NCBI GenBank assembly: GCA_016700415.1 | Contig: CP065018.1 | Span: 3,244,420-3,308,419 of the forward strand | Direction: 5' to 3' | DNA: 64,000 bases | DNA from: Flavobacteriales bacterium | GTDB lineage: Bacteria; Bacteroidota; Bacteroidia; Flavobacteriales_F; PHOS-HE28 | Shown here: positions 17,505-25,605 of the stretch, piece after piece | Numbering within the stretch: the stretch's first letter is position 1 | Layout of the letters: each line of letters starts with the position of its first letter | Translations under genes and position numbers: made by a program | The notes under the pieces: model-generated | What the model was told of the DNA's origin: nothing | Database searches by the model: none | The model's input: only the letters and a program-made list of their open reading frames with translations

Positions 17505-17544
17505 ACGCGAACGCCCCCGTGCCGCCGCACGGGGGCGTTCGCGT
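17505..17544. terminator. Strong hairpin after the AbiE-like pair
   Basis: 18-bp perfect stem 17505-17522/17527-17544 with a 4-nt loop. No clear U-tract. Confidence 0.5.
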
Positions 17545-17662
17545 TCGTACCGCCCGGCCTCGCGATGGCGGCCGAACGATCGTCATCGCGAAGCCCGCCC
17601 CCGGCCCCTACCTTGGCCAATGCGGCAGCGGGGCTTCCCGCGCCGCCGTTATGCGGAAGAAC

Positions 17663-18943
17663 ATGGGCAAATACATGTCCGCCGAGCAGGCGGTATCCTT
17701 GGTGAAGAGCGGGCAGCGGGTGTTCGTACATGGCAGCGCGGCCACGCCGCTGGTGCTGATGCGCGCGCTCTTCGCGCGGGCGGCGGAGCTGAGCCGGGTG
17801 GAGCTGGTGAGCATCAGCACCATCGGCCCGCTGGACCTGCAGCAGCCCGAGGTGCAGCGGGCTTTTTTCATGAACAGCCTCTTCGTGAGCGACAACGTGC
17901 GCACCGCCGTGAACGGGCCGCACGGCGACTACGTGCCGGTCTTCCTCAGTGAGATCCCCCGGCTGTTCGAAGGCGTGCTGCCGCTGGACGTGGCGCTGCT
18001 GCACGTGTCGCCGCCGGATGCGCACGGCTATTGCTCCTTGGGCGTGAGCGTGGACGTGGCCCGGGCGGCGGTGCGCAACGCCGCGGTGCTCATTGCCCAA
18101 GTGAACCCGCGCATGCCGCGCACCCATGGCGAGGGGCAGGTACACAGCAGCCGCTTCACGGCGATGGTGGAGGTGGACGAAGCCTTGCCGGAGGTGGATT
18201 ATTCCAGCGCCATCGGCCCGGTGGAGGAGCGCATCGGAGCGCTGTGTTCCGATCTGATCGAGGACGGGAGCACGTTGCAGATGGGCATCGGCGCCATCCC
18301 GGACGCGATCCTGCGCGGGCTGCGGGACCACAAGGACCTCGGCGTGCATACCGAGATGCTCAGTGACGGACTGCTGCCCCTGCTGGACCTCGGCGTGATC
18401 ACGGGCAGCCAAAAGCGCAGGCACCCCGGGCGCATCGTCACCAGCTTCGCCTTGGGCAGCCGTGCGCTCTACGACCGGGTGGACGACAATCCGCTCTTCG
18501 CCTTTCTGGACACCGCCTATGTGAACAGCGGCCATGTGATCCGGCAGAACCCCAAGGTGGTGGCCATCAACAGCGCCATCGCGCTGGACCTCACCGGGCA
18601 GGTGTGCGCGGACAGCATCGGTATGCGCCAGTACAGCGGCGTGGGCGGCCAGATGGATTTTATGCGCGGCGCCGCCTTGAGCGAGGGCGGCAAGCCCATC
18701 ATCGCCATGGCCAGTACGACCCGCACGGGCGCCAGCAAGATCGTGCCCTTCCTCGCGGAAGGTTCCGGCGTGGTGACCACCCGCGCCCACGTCCACCACG
18801 TGGCCACCGAGCACGGCATCGTGGACCTCTACGGCAAGAGCCTGCGCCAACGCGCGGAACTGCTCACAAGCATCGCCCATCCGGACCAACGCGAAGAGTT
18901 GGACCGTGCAACCTCCGAACGTTTCGGACCGAAGTTCCGATGA
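17663..18943 (+). CDS. Acetyl-CoA hydrolase/4-hydroxybutyrate CoA-transferase family
   Basis: VKSGQRVFVHGSAATP, LQMGIGAIPD, DLGVHTEM, SGVGGQMDF, VATEHG. Start reset to ATG 17663. Confidence 0.9.
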   Translation: MGKYMSAEQAVSLVKSGQRVFVHGSAATPLVLMRALFARAAELSRVELVSISTIGPLDLQQPEVQRAFFMNSLFVSDNVRTAVNGPHGDYVPVFLSEIPRLFEGVLPLDVALLHVSPPDAHGYCSLGVSVDVARAAVRNAAVLIAQVNPRMPRTHGEGQVHSSRFTAMVEVDEALPEVDYSSAIGPVEERIGALCSDLIEDGSTLQMGIGAIPDAILRGLRDHKDLGVHTEMLSDGLLPLLDLGVITGSQKRRHPGRIVTSFALGSRALYDRVDDNPLFAFLDTAYVNSGHVIRQNPKVVAINSAIALDLTGQVCADSIGMRQYSGVGGQMDFMRGAALSEGGKPIIAMASTTRTGASKIVPFLAEGSGVVTTRAHVHHVATEHGIVDLYGKSLRQRAELLTSIAHPDQREELDRATSERFGPKFR

Positions 18944-19017
18944 ATCTCCGCGGAGGACGGGATCGCGCGACGGCCTTTCCGGGCGACAACGGCCGAAGGG
19001 TCGCTGCAAAGGTTTTT

Positions 19018-19151
19018 ATCCACAGATGACACAGATGGCGCGTTGCGCTATGGGTACGTCGGCAGCCGACCTTATCCGTGTCATCAACGCCATCTGCGGA
19101 CAACCATCGGCAGCCGGCATTATCGGTGTTCATCCGTGTTCATCCGTGGTT
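19018..19151. repeat. Degenerate short-period inverted repeat element (CACAGAT/ATCCGTG family)
   Basis: atccacagatgacacagatgg ... atccgtgtcatcaacgccatctgcgg ... atcggtgttcatccgtgttcatccgtggtt, between convergent genes. Confidence 0.65.
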
Positions 19152-19177
19152 TAGCTCCTTCTTCAAGGCAGCACCCA

Positions 19178-19984
19178 CTATTCGTGCAACACCAGCAGGG
19201 GCACCGTGGTGTTCAGCGCCATGCGCTTGGCCACGCTGCGGTGGAACAGCTCGTCCAGCCAGCCTAATTTGCGGTGCAGTACCGCCAGCATGCCGTAGTC
19301 CCCGCTGTCCGCCAGAAGGGCCAGGCTCTCGGTAACGTTGGTCCCCGCAGTGGAAGCGGTGCTGGTCTTGATCCCTTTGAAGATATCGGAATTACCGGCC
19401 GATCCCGGTTCCGGCCCGCGGACCACCTCATCCTTGTTCACATGCACGAAGTCGATCCCGGCCCCGTAGTGTTTGGCGAGCTGCACCAAGGGGAGGAGCG
19501 TCTTCAGGTCGGCCACCTCCTCGCGATCGTCCGCGTAGAGGATCTTCCCGATCGGTCCCGCTTCCCATTCCGGGGGCACCACGATCACCGGGCCGCCCGC
19601 GTTCCGCGCCACCACTTCGGCATTGCTGCCCCATTTCAGCGCACCGCCTTCGCCCCGCGTGCCCATCACTACCATGTCCACCGGGTTCTCCTCGGTGTAA
19701 CGTTGGACCACGGCGAACACGCTGCCGTTCGCCACCACGTCCTGGATGTCCAAGGTCTTCCCGGGGTGCAAGGCCCGGATCTCCGCCGTGAAGGCATCCA
19801 GTTCCTCGCGGGCCTGCTGCTTCACGAACCGGATAAATTCCGGGACCAGCGAGGGCCGCGGCACATCGCCGACGGAGAGGAGCAAGGTGAACCGGTTCTG
19901 TTCGGCGCCAAAGGCGTCCAGCGCGAAGAGGACCGCCTTGCGGGAACCTTCGCTCATGTCGGTGGGGATGAGGATCTGTGCCAT
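19178..19984 (-). CDS. Universal stress protein (tandem USP domains)
   Basis: MAQILIPTDMS, DMVVMGTRG...WGSNA...PVIVVP, MALNTTVPLLVL. Paralog of 9017-9820. Confidence 0.9.
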   Translation of the reverse strand: MAQILIPTDMSEGSRKAVLFALDAFGAEQNRFTLLLSVGDVPRPSLVPEFIRFVKQQAREELDAFTAEIRALHPGKTLDIQDVVANGSVFAVVQRYTEENPVDMVVMGTRGEGGALKWGSNAEVVARNAGGPVIVVPPEWEAGPIGKILYADDREEVADLKTLLPLVQLAKHYGAGIDFVHVNKDEVVRGPEPGSAGNSDIFKGIKTSTASTAGTNVTESLALLADSGDYGMLAVLHRKLGWLDELFHRSVAKRMALNTTVPLLVLHE

Positions 19985-20151
19985 CTGTTCAGTTTTATTG
20001 CGGTGATAGGGACCGCTGCCAAACAAGGTACGAACGGGACAAGATGCTGAATTGACGAAGCTCAGCTATGCAAGATCGCGACGCCGTCATCGCTCCGCGG
20101 GGCCTTGTCCGTCGGGTCCATAACTATGTTCCGCGGGATCTGTTAAGGATC

Positions 20152-20589
20152 TCACTTCACCAAGGAGGCGCTCAGCGTAATGGGCACTGCCTTCAGCGCT
20201 TGGCTGATGGGGCAGTTCACCTTGGCTTCCTCGGCGCACGCATCGAAGTCCGCTTGGCTGATGCCGGGCACCTTCGCCTTCAGCACCAAGTGGATGCCGA
20301 CGATGCCGTTCCCGCCATCCACGGGGCCGAGCTTCACTTCGGAATCGCAGTCCAGCTCGTCCGGCGTAAAGCCTTTGTTGCCCAGCACGAAGCTCAGCTT
20401 CATGGTGAAGCAGCCCGCGTGCGCGGCCGCGATCAGCTCTTCCGGGTTGGTGCCGGCCTTGCCGTCCTCGCTTACAAAGCGCGTGTGGAAGGTATAGGGC
20501 GTATCCTTCAGCACACCGCTGGTACTGGTGAGTTTGCCTTTGCCTTCTTTGCCGGTTCCTTTCCAAATGGCCTTGCTTGATCGGATCAT
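20152..20589 (-). CDS. osmC: OsmC family peroxiredoxin
   Basis: MIRSSKAIWKGTGKEGKG, GTNPEELIAAAHAGCF, AKVNCPIS. Confidence 0.9.
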   Translation of the reverse strand: MIRSSKAIWKGTGKEGKGKLTSTSGVLKDTPYTFHTRFVSEDGKAGTNPEELIAAAHAGCFTMKLSFVLGNKGFTPDELDCDSEVKLGPVDGGNGIVGIHLVLKAKVPGISQADFDACAEEAKVNCPISQALKAVPITLSASLVK

Positions 20590-20718
20590 GATGTGCTTTT
20601 TTGTTCGGGTTCGTAGAGGGTCCCAAAGGTAGGGCAGGGGGCAGGGGCGCCTGTTCCGCGGCTGCCGCTCGCGCCTGACGGCATGATGGGTAAATACGAA
20701 CCGTGCTCCGCGCGCCGT

Positions 20719-20780
20719 CGCCGTAGCGCTTTGGCGAAGGAGCCCGACTCGGCCTTCGCAGCCGCTTCGGCGAAGTAGGC
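20719..20780 (+). repeat. Cluster of REP-like units
   Basis: gccgtagcgctttggcgaagg followed by ccgactcggccttcgcagccgcttcggcgaagtaggc (related to 16097-16143). Confidence 0.6.
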
Positions 20781-20802
20781 AGCAGCTACGCCCGGACGAG
20801 TG

Positions 20803-20916
20803 AACCACGGATGCACACGGATAAACACGGATACCAACGTACCGGCCTCACCAGAGGGTCCATTGCTGCTGTCCATGATCTCGGCAATCCGTGTTTATCC
20901 GTGTGCATCCGTGGTT
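20803..20916. mobile_element. MITE-like element with perfect 30-bp terminal inverted repeats
   Basis: aaccacggatgcacacggataaacacggat (20803-20832) is the exact reverse complement of 20887-20916, with a 54-bp spacer. Confidence 0.65.
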
Positions 20917-21023
20917 TATAAAAAACATGGATGGCGATCCCGCCGAACGGCGGGCGCTCAGACGCGAAAGCCCTGCGTTCCGACCATGGGCCATGCTGCC
21001 GGTGCCGTACCTTCCCCACGGTC

Positions 21024-22892
21024 ATGAAGCGCACGCACTGGTTGGTCCTTTTCCTGTTGCTCGGGAGTTTCTCCCGAGCGACGGACCAACAACGGATCGA
21101 CTCCTTGCTGGCCGTGTCCCGGACCATCCCGGTGGCTCCGGCACAAGTGCGGGCCTTGAACCGGATATCGGTGATCTATGCGGGCCGGCGATCCCGATCG
21201 GCCAAGGATTCGTCCATGTTCTATTCCCAGCAGGCCATTGCGTTGGCGCGGCGGATCGGCGATGAAGAGGGGCTTGCGGAGGCGCTCTACGATCTTGGGA
21301 AATACTACGTGGGCGTGGCCGGAAGTCCTGCCAAGGCCACGGAGAACCTGCTGGAAAGCCTTGAACTGTACACACAGCTCAACGACCGGTCGGGCATTTC
21401 CATGTGCCACATGCAGCTGGGCCTGGTCAGCTACATACTGAAATATTACGAGGACGCGGTGAAGAACCTGGACCTCTCGCTCAAGGCGGAGGATAACCCG
21501 ACCGCCACCTACCTGATGGCACTGTCCTACACGGAACTCGACAGCTTTTCGCTCGCCAAGGCGTACTTCTCCCGCGCCATCACCGACTATACGGACCGTG
21601 CGAACGCCGAACGGTTGGCCGAATGCCACTTGTACTTGGGGCGCTTGTACCTACGGACGGGGGCGCTGGACTCCGCCCTGTACTACATGAAGATGGCCAT
21701 GGAAAGCAGGGCCCTGGTCGGGGATCCACGGGACATGGTGCGACCCTATGCGTTCGTGTCGGAGGTCTATCTCCGGTCCAACGATCTTGACCGGGCCATC
21801 CACTTTGCAGAACGCAGCTATGAGCTGGAAACAGGCCAGCAGGACAAGAACCAGGACATGATCAGTTTGATCCAAGCGACCAAGACCTTGAGCGAAGCGT
21901 ACGCCTTGAAGGGGCGCTACGAGAAGGCCTATTTCTTCCTGGACCTGTACAACAAGGCCAGCGACCGGGATGCGAGAGGCAGCATCAAGCAGAAGGTCGC
22001 CGACATGCAGAGCATGTTCGATTTTGAACAGCGCATGAACCTGCAGCAGGTGCGGCAGGAGAAGGACCGGGAGATCGCCCAAGCGCAGATCGCGAAGGAA
22101 AGGATACTGCGGAACGCCTTCCTGGTGGGGACGGTCCTGTTGCTGCTGCTGCTGATCGGGCTGTACAAGCGTTACCGGTTCAAGCGGCGCTCCAATCAGA
22201 CCTTGGTGGAGCTCAATGAGGAGGTGACGCGGGAGAAGGAACGCTCGGACCATCTGTTGCTGAACATCCTACCGGAGGACGTGGCCGAGGAGCTGAAGAT
22301 GAACGGTGAGGCGGCGGCGCGATCCATCGAGCATGTCACGGTCCTGTTCACCGACTTCAAGGGCTTCATCGCCGTGAGCGAACAGTTGGGCCCGAGGGAG
22401 CTCGTACATGCCCTGAACGAGTGTTTCTCGGCCTTCGATGGGATCATGGAGAAGTGGGGCATAGAGAAGATCAAGACCATCGGTGATGCGTACATGGCGG
22501 CGGGAGGGTTGCCATTACCGGACGAGGGGCATGCCCGGAAGGTGATCCACGCGGCCTTCGAAATGCGCGACTTCGTGGAAGCGGAAAAGGCGCGGAAGAT
22601 CGCGGCCGGGGCACCGTATTTCGAGATCCGTATCGGCATGCATACCGGACCGGTGGTGGCGGGCATCGTTGGCGTGAAAAAATTCCAGTATGACATCTGG
22701 GGCGATACGGTGAACACGGCGAGCCGAATGGAAAGCAGCGGCGAGGTCGGAAAGGTCAATATCAGCGGGTCCACCTACGCGCTGGTGAAGGATGATCCGG
22801 AGTTCAACTTCACACCGCGCGGTATGATCGAGGCGAAAGGCAAGGGAGAGATGGAGATGTATTTCGTGGAGCGCGCTCCTGATAGAGGCTGA
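21024..22892 (+). CDS. TPR-repeat sensor / transmembrane / class III adenylate cyclase
   Basis: Signal peptide, TPR helices, TM AFLVGTVLLLLLLIGLY. LFTDFKGF, IEKIKTIGDAYM and YDIWGDTVNTASRMES give a full catalytic set with ATP-type Lys/Asp. Confidence 0.9.
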   Translation: MKRTHWLVLFLLLGSFSRATDQQRIDSLLAVSRTIPVAPAQVRALNRISVIYAGRRSRSAKDSSMFYSQQAIALARRIGDEEGLAEALYDLGKYYVGVAGSPAKATENLLESLELYTQLNDRSGISMCHMQLGLVSYILKYYEDAVKNLDLSLKAEDNPTATYLMALSYTELDSFSLAKAYFSRAITDYTDRANAERLAECHLYLGRLYLRTGALDSALYYMKMAMESRALVGDPRDMVRPYAFVSEVYLRSNDLDRAIHFAERSYELETGQQDKNQDMISLIQATKTLSEAYALKGRYEKAYFFLDLYNKASDRDARGSIKQKVADMQSMFDFEQRMNLQQVRQEKDREIAQAQIAKERILRNAFLVGTVLLLLLLIGLYKRYRFKRRSNQTLVELNEEVTREKERSDHLLLNILPEDVAEELKMNGEAAARSIEHVTVLFTDFKGFIAVSEQLGPRELVHALNECFSAFDGIMEKWGIEKIKTIGDAYMAAGGLPLPDEGHARKVIHAAFEMRDFVEAEKARKIAAGAPYFEIRIGMHTGPVVAGIVGVKKFQYDIWGDTVNTASRMESSGEVGKVNISGSTYALVKDDPEFNFTPRGMIEAKGKGEMEMYFVERAPDRG

Positions 22893-22929
22893 CCGTACCG
22901 ATCACACCGCCCGTGGTCAATGCTCCGTC

Positions 22930-25605
22930 TTAGGGCAGTTGTTCGGTGATCACGGTCGTGGGCGATAAGCCACCGATGTTCAGCAGCAGCAGGTCCCGGT
23001 CGTTGTCCGCACCGGTGTACTTCACCGTTCCGTCCATGTTCGCATCCTCGCGGTGGTAGCCCGTGCTTGTGGCGGTGGGCATCACGCCCCCGACCTCCTG
23101 AAGGATGAGGTCGCGGTCGTTGTTGTCGCCGGTGTACTTCAGCTCGCCATCGCCTTGGCAATCACCTGCCCAAAGCGCGCGCCGTGTACCGATCGTGGCT
23201 TGCGCATCGGTGCCGTACGTGGCGGTGCCCGGTATGCTGAAGTCGACGACCGTCGTGGTGTTGCCCAAGGCGAAGGATGCATTGCTCATCACCCCCAAGT
23301 GGTTCCTGTGGCGAAGAGCGACATGGTAGTTCCCCGCCGCGATGTTGAAGAATACCGGACCGGTCCCGCTGGTGCCGGCCACATCACCGTCGCGTTGCAG
23401 CAAGGCGCTTTTCGTCGCCACCACGGCATATGGTGCCGTGCTGCTCCGCAATTCCACCACCACCCAGTCCACGATGGCATCATCGCCGCTCACGGCCAGC
23501 ACCGCGGACGTCGTGGTCTCCCCACCACCGTTCACATGGGGATAGCCCAATGCGGTGTAGGGTTCAGTGAACGGGATCAGCTCTGCGGCGCGCAGGCCGT
23601 CGCTCATGCGTTGCGTGGCTTCCTCGTAAGGCCCGCCCAATAGCATTCGGGGTGAAATGGCCACACCCGGAGATGCAACGGTCAGGATGGATGGATCCGT
23701 GATCACCGGCGGGTTGAAGTCGAAGAAGATGTTGGCGATGTTCTCGATGGTCGTTCCGGGCACCACCGGGTCACGAGGCTTGATGCGGAAACTCACGAAG
23801 CCATGGCTTGCTGCTTCGTTCACGTTGCTGTCCGGCAAGAAGATGTTCGCGAACGTGAAGCGCAGCACCCCGTGCCCCAGCAAGCTGCGCGTAGCGGCGT
23901 GCGAACTGGCACCCCATTGGATGGACGCAGGGTCCAACGTCGCAGGAAGCGTATCCGTCACGATCACATTGAAGGCGGTGTCCGTTCCGGTGTTCTGGAA
24001 GCGGATGGTGTAACCGATCCTTTCATCGGAGTTGATGAAGTAGAGCTCATCACTGGCGCGCGAGCTGGTGGTGGCCACCTTGTCGTTGGGGTCGAAGCTG
24101 CCCGTTACGGTCACGCTGGTGCTTGCTGTGTTGTTGGCAGCGATCACATCCGTGTTCGCGGTGGAGAACACCACCGAAGCATTCAGCACCGTACCGATCA
24201 AACCCACATCGGGCGGCACTTGCATCCGCACTTGGATGCTCCTTTGGGCGAATGCACTGAGGCTGCCCTGGTCCCATGTGATCGTGTTCCCCGCCACGGT
24301 ACCCGCCGGGCTCGATGAGAGCACTGTTATCGCCGGGTCGAAAGTGAAGGTGGTGACCGTGTTGCCGGTTACCGCTGGCGTGAGGTTCGATTGGCGGATG
24401 GCGTAGTTCAATTCGAAGCCGGGACGCGCCGGTCCACTGGCGATCCTCACCTCGGCATCCAGCGGCACCAAGGAAGTGTCGGCGATGTTCAGCGTTTGCA
24501 TGCCAACAACGTTCACAGGAGCCGGAGGTGTCGGGCAATGCTGCGCGATGTCCGTGGCGATCTGTTCCACGGTGTAGGCACCGGTGGGCAGGTTGATGCT
24601 GTACTTCCCGTTCGATGCCGCGGTGGCATAATAGGGCCCGGGTTGGAATTCCAGGATGGCACCGGGCACGCGCGTCTCACTGCTGCCGCCCATGACGCAG
24701 TCCGCGTTGTTGTCCATGTACACCGTGCCGTTCACATTGCCGCATGCCGGGCCGAGGTCGGGCACGGTCACCATGATCGAATCGCCGCATTGGGCACGCA
24801 GGAAGGTGCCGTTCGGGCCAGAGCCCAGACCGATGATGCGTTGCACCAGCCAGTAATCGCCGGGAAGGAGGCCGGTGAACGTGCTCGTCATGGCGGTAGG
24901 GCCGGAGTATGCGTTCTGCACCACTTGGCCGGTGGAATTTTTCAATTCGAGGTCGAGGACCTGGCCGTGCCCTTCAGCTGTAAGCGCCACATCGAGGCTT
25001 CCGGTTGCCGTTGATGCGCAAGCTCCTTCGATGTTCAACACGGCCATTGCGGGAAAGATCACCGGATACCCGATGTGCAGGGTCACCGATCCCAAGCAGC
25101 CATTCCCGTCGGCATACGCGGTCTGGAATGAACTGCCGGGCGCACCTTGCACCACGACAAGGATGTCGCCGCCCATGTCCTCGGTCACCACGCCCCCGAG
25201 GGAGATCGGGCCCTGGATCGGAAGGTCATAATTCCCTGATGCGAATTGCCACGGGCTGAAGGTGGCGAAGCTGTGCGGATCGCAATACGCCCAAGGCACA
25301 TCCCAGTCCCTGTTCGGAAATTCCGCATAGCCGTCCACTGTGGCCTCTTCCGTGGCCTGTGTGCCCATGAAGTCGGTAACGGTCAAGCTGTAGGTGCCTG
25401 CTTCCACATTCCATAGTTCCGGGGAAGTGGACCCGTTGCTCCAGGCGTAGGTGTAGGGTGGCACACCTCCGCTCGCATAGGCGGATACTTGGCCATTGGG
25501 AACCCCGCAATATTGATGGACAATGGAGAACGTCACGGTAAGCGCGTTCGCTGCACCAGCGTACAGTGCCAAGGCGATCAATAGTTGGTTGCGGAACGAC
25601 TTCAT
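22930..25605 (-). CDS. Secreted SprB-repeat / DUF11 / DUF7619-type protein (array member 6) with dockerin/EF-hand-like C-terminus
   Basis: SGGVPPYTYAWSNG, GSFDPNDK...YTIRFQNTGTDTA, tail with two DxxxDGxxKYTGxxNDRD repeats. Confidence 0.85.
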   Translation of the reverse strand: MKSFRNQLLIALALYAGAANALTVTFSIVHQYCGVPNGQVSAYASGGVPPYTYAWSNGSTSPELWNVEAGTYSLTVTDFMGTQATEEATVDGYAEFPNRDWDVPWAYCDPHSFATFSPWQFASGNYDLPIQGPISLGGVVTEDMGGDILVVVQGAPGSSFQTAYADGNGCLGSVTLHIGYPVIFPAMAVLNIEGACASTATGSLDVALTAEGHGQVLDLELKNSTGQVVQNAYSGPTAMTSTFTGLLPGDYWLVQRIIGLGSGPNGTFLRAQCGDSIMVTVPDLGPACGNVNGTVYMDNNADCVMGGSSETRVPGAILEFQPGPYYATAASNGKYSINLPTGAYTVEQIATDIAQHCPTPPAPVNVVGMQTLNIADTSLVPLDAEVRIASGPARPGFELNYAIRQSNLTPAVTGNTVTTFTFDPAITVLSSSPAGTVAGNTITWDQGSLSAFAQRSIQVRMQVPPDVGLIGTVLNASVVFSTANTDVIAANNTASTSVTVTGSFDPNDKVATTSSRASDELYFINSDERIGYTIRFQNTGTDTAFNVIVTDTLPATLDPASIQWGASSHAATRSLLGHGVLRFTFANIFLPDSNVNEAASHGFVSFRIKPRDPVVPGTTIENIANIFFDFNPPVITDPSILTVASPGVAISPRMLLGGPYEEATQRMSDGLRAAELIPFTEPYTALGYPHVNGGGETTTSAVLAVSGDDAIVDWVVVELRSSTAPYAVVATKSALLQRDGDVAGTSGTGPVFFNIAAGNYHVALRHRNHLGVMSNASFALGNTTTVVDFSIPGTATYGTDAQATIGTRRALWAGDCQGDGELKYTGDNNDRDLILQEVGGVMPTATSTGYHREDANMDGTVKYTGADNDRDLLLLNIGGLSPTTVITEQLP

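Noticed and set aside
17492-17662. N-terminal extensions given by the ORF track (also 20589-20808, 20931-21023, 36888-37154, 36927-37010, 38466-38663, 46828-46890)
   Set aside because: They run through hairpins, repeats or the neighbouring gene. Downstream starts restore family-typical N-termini, for example Cys2 of SRAP and the signal peptides.
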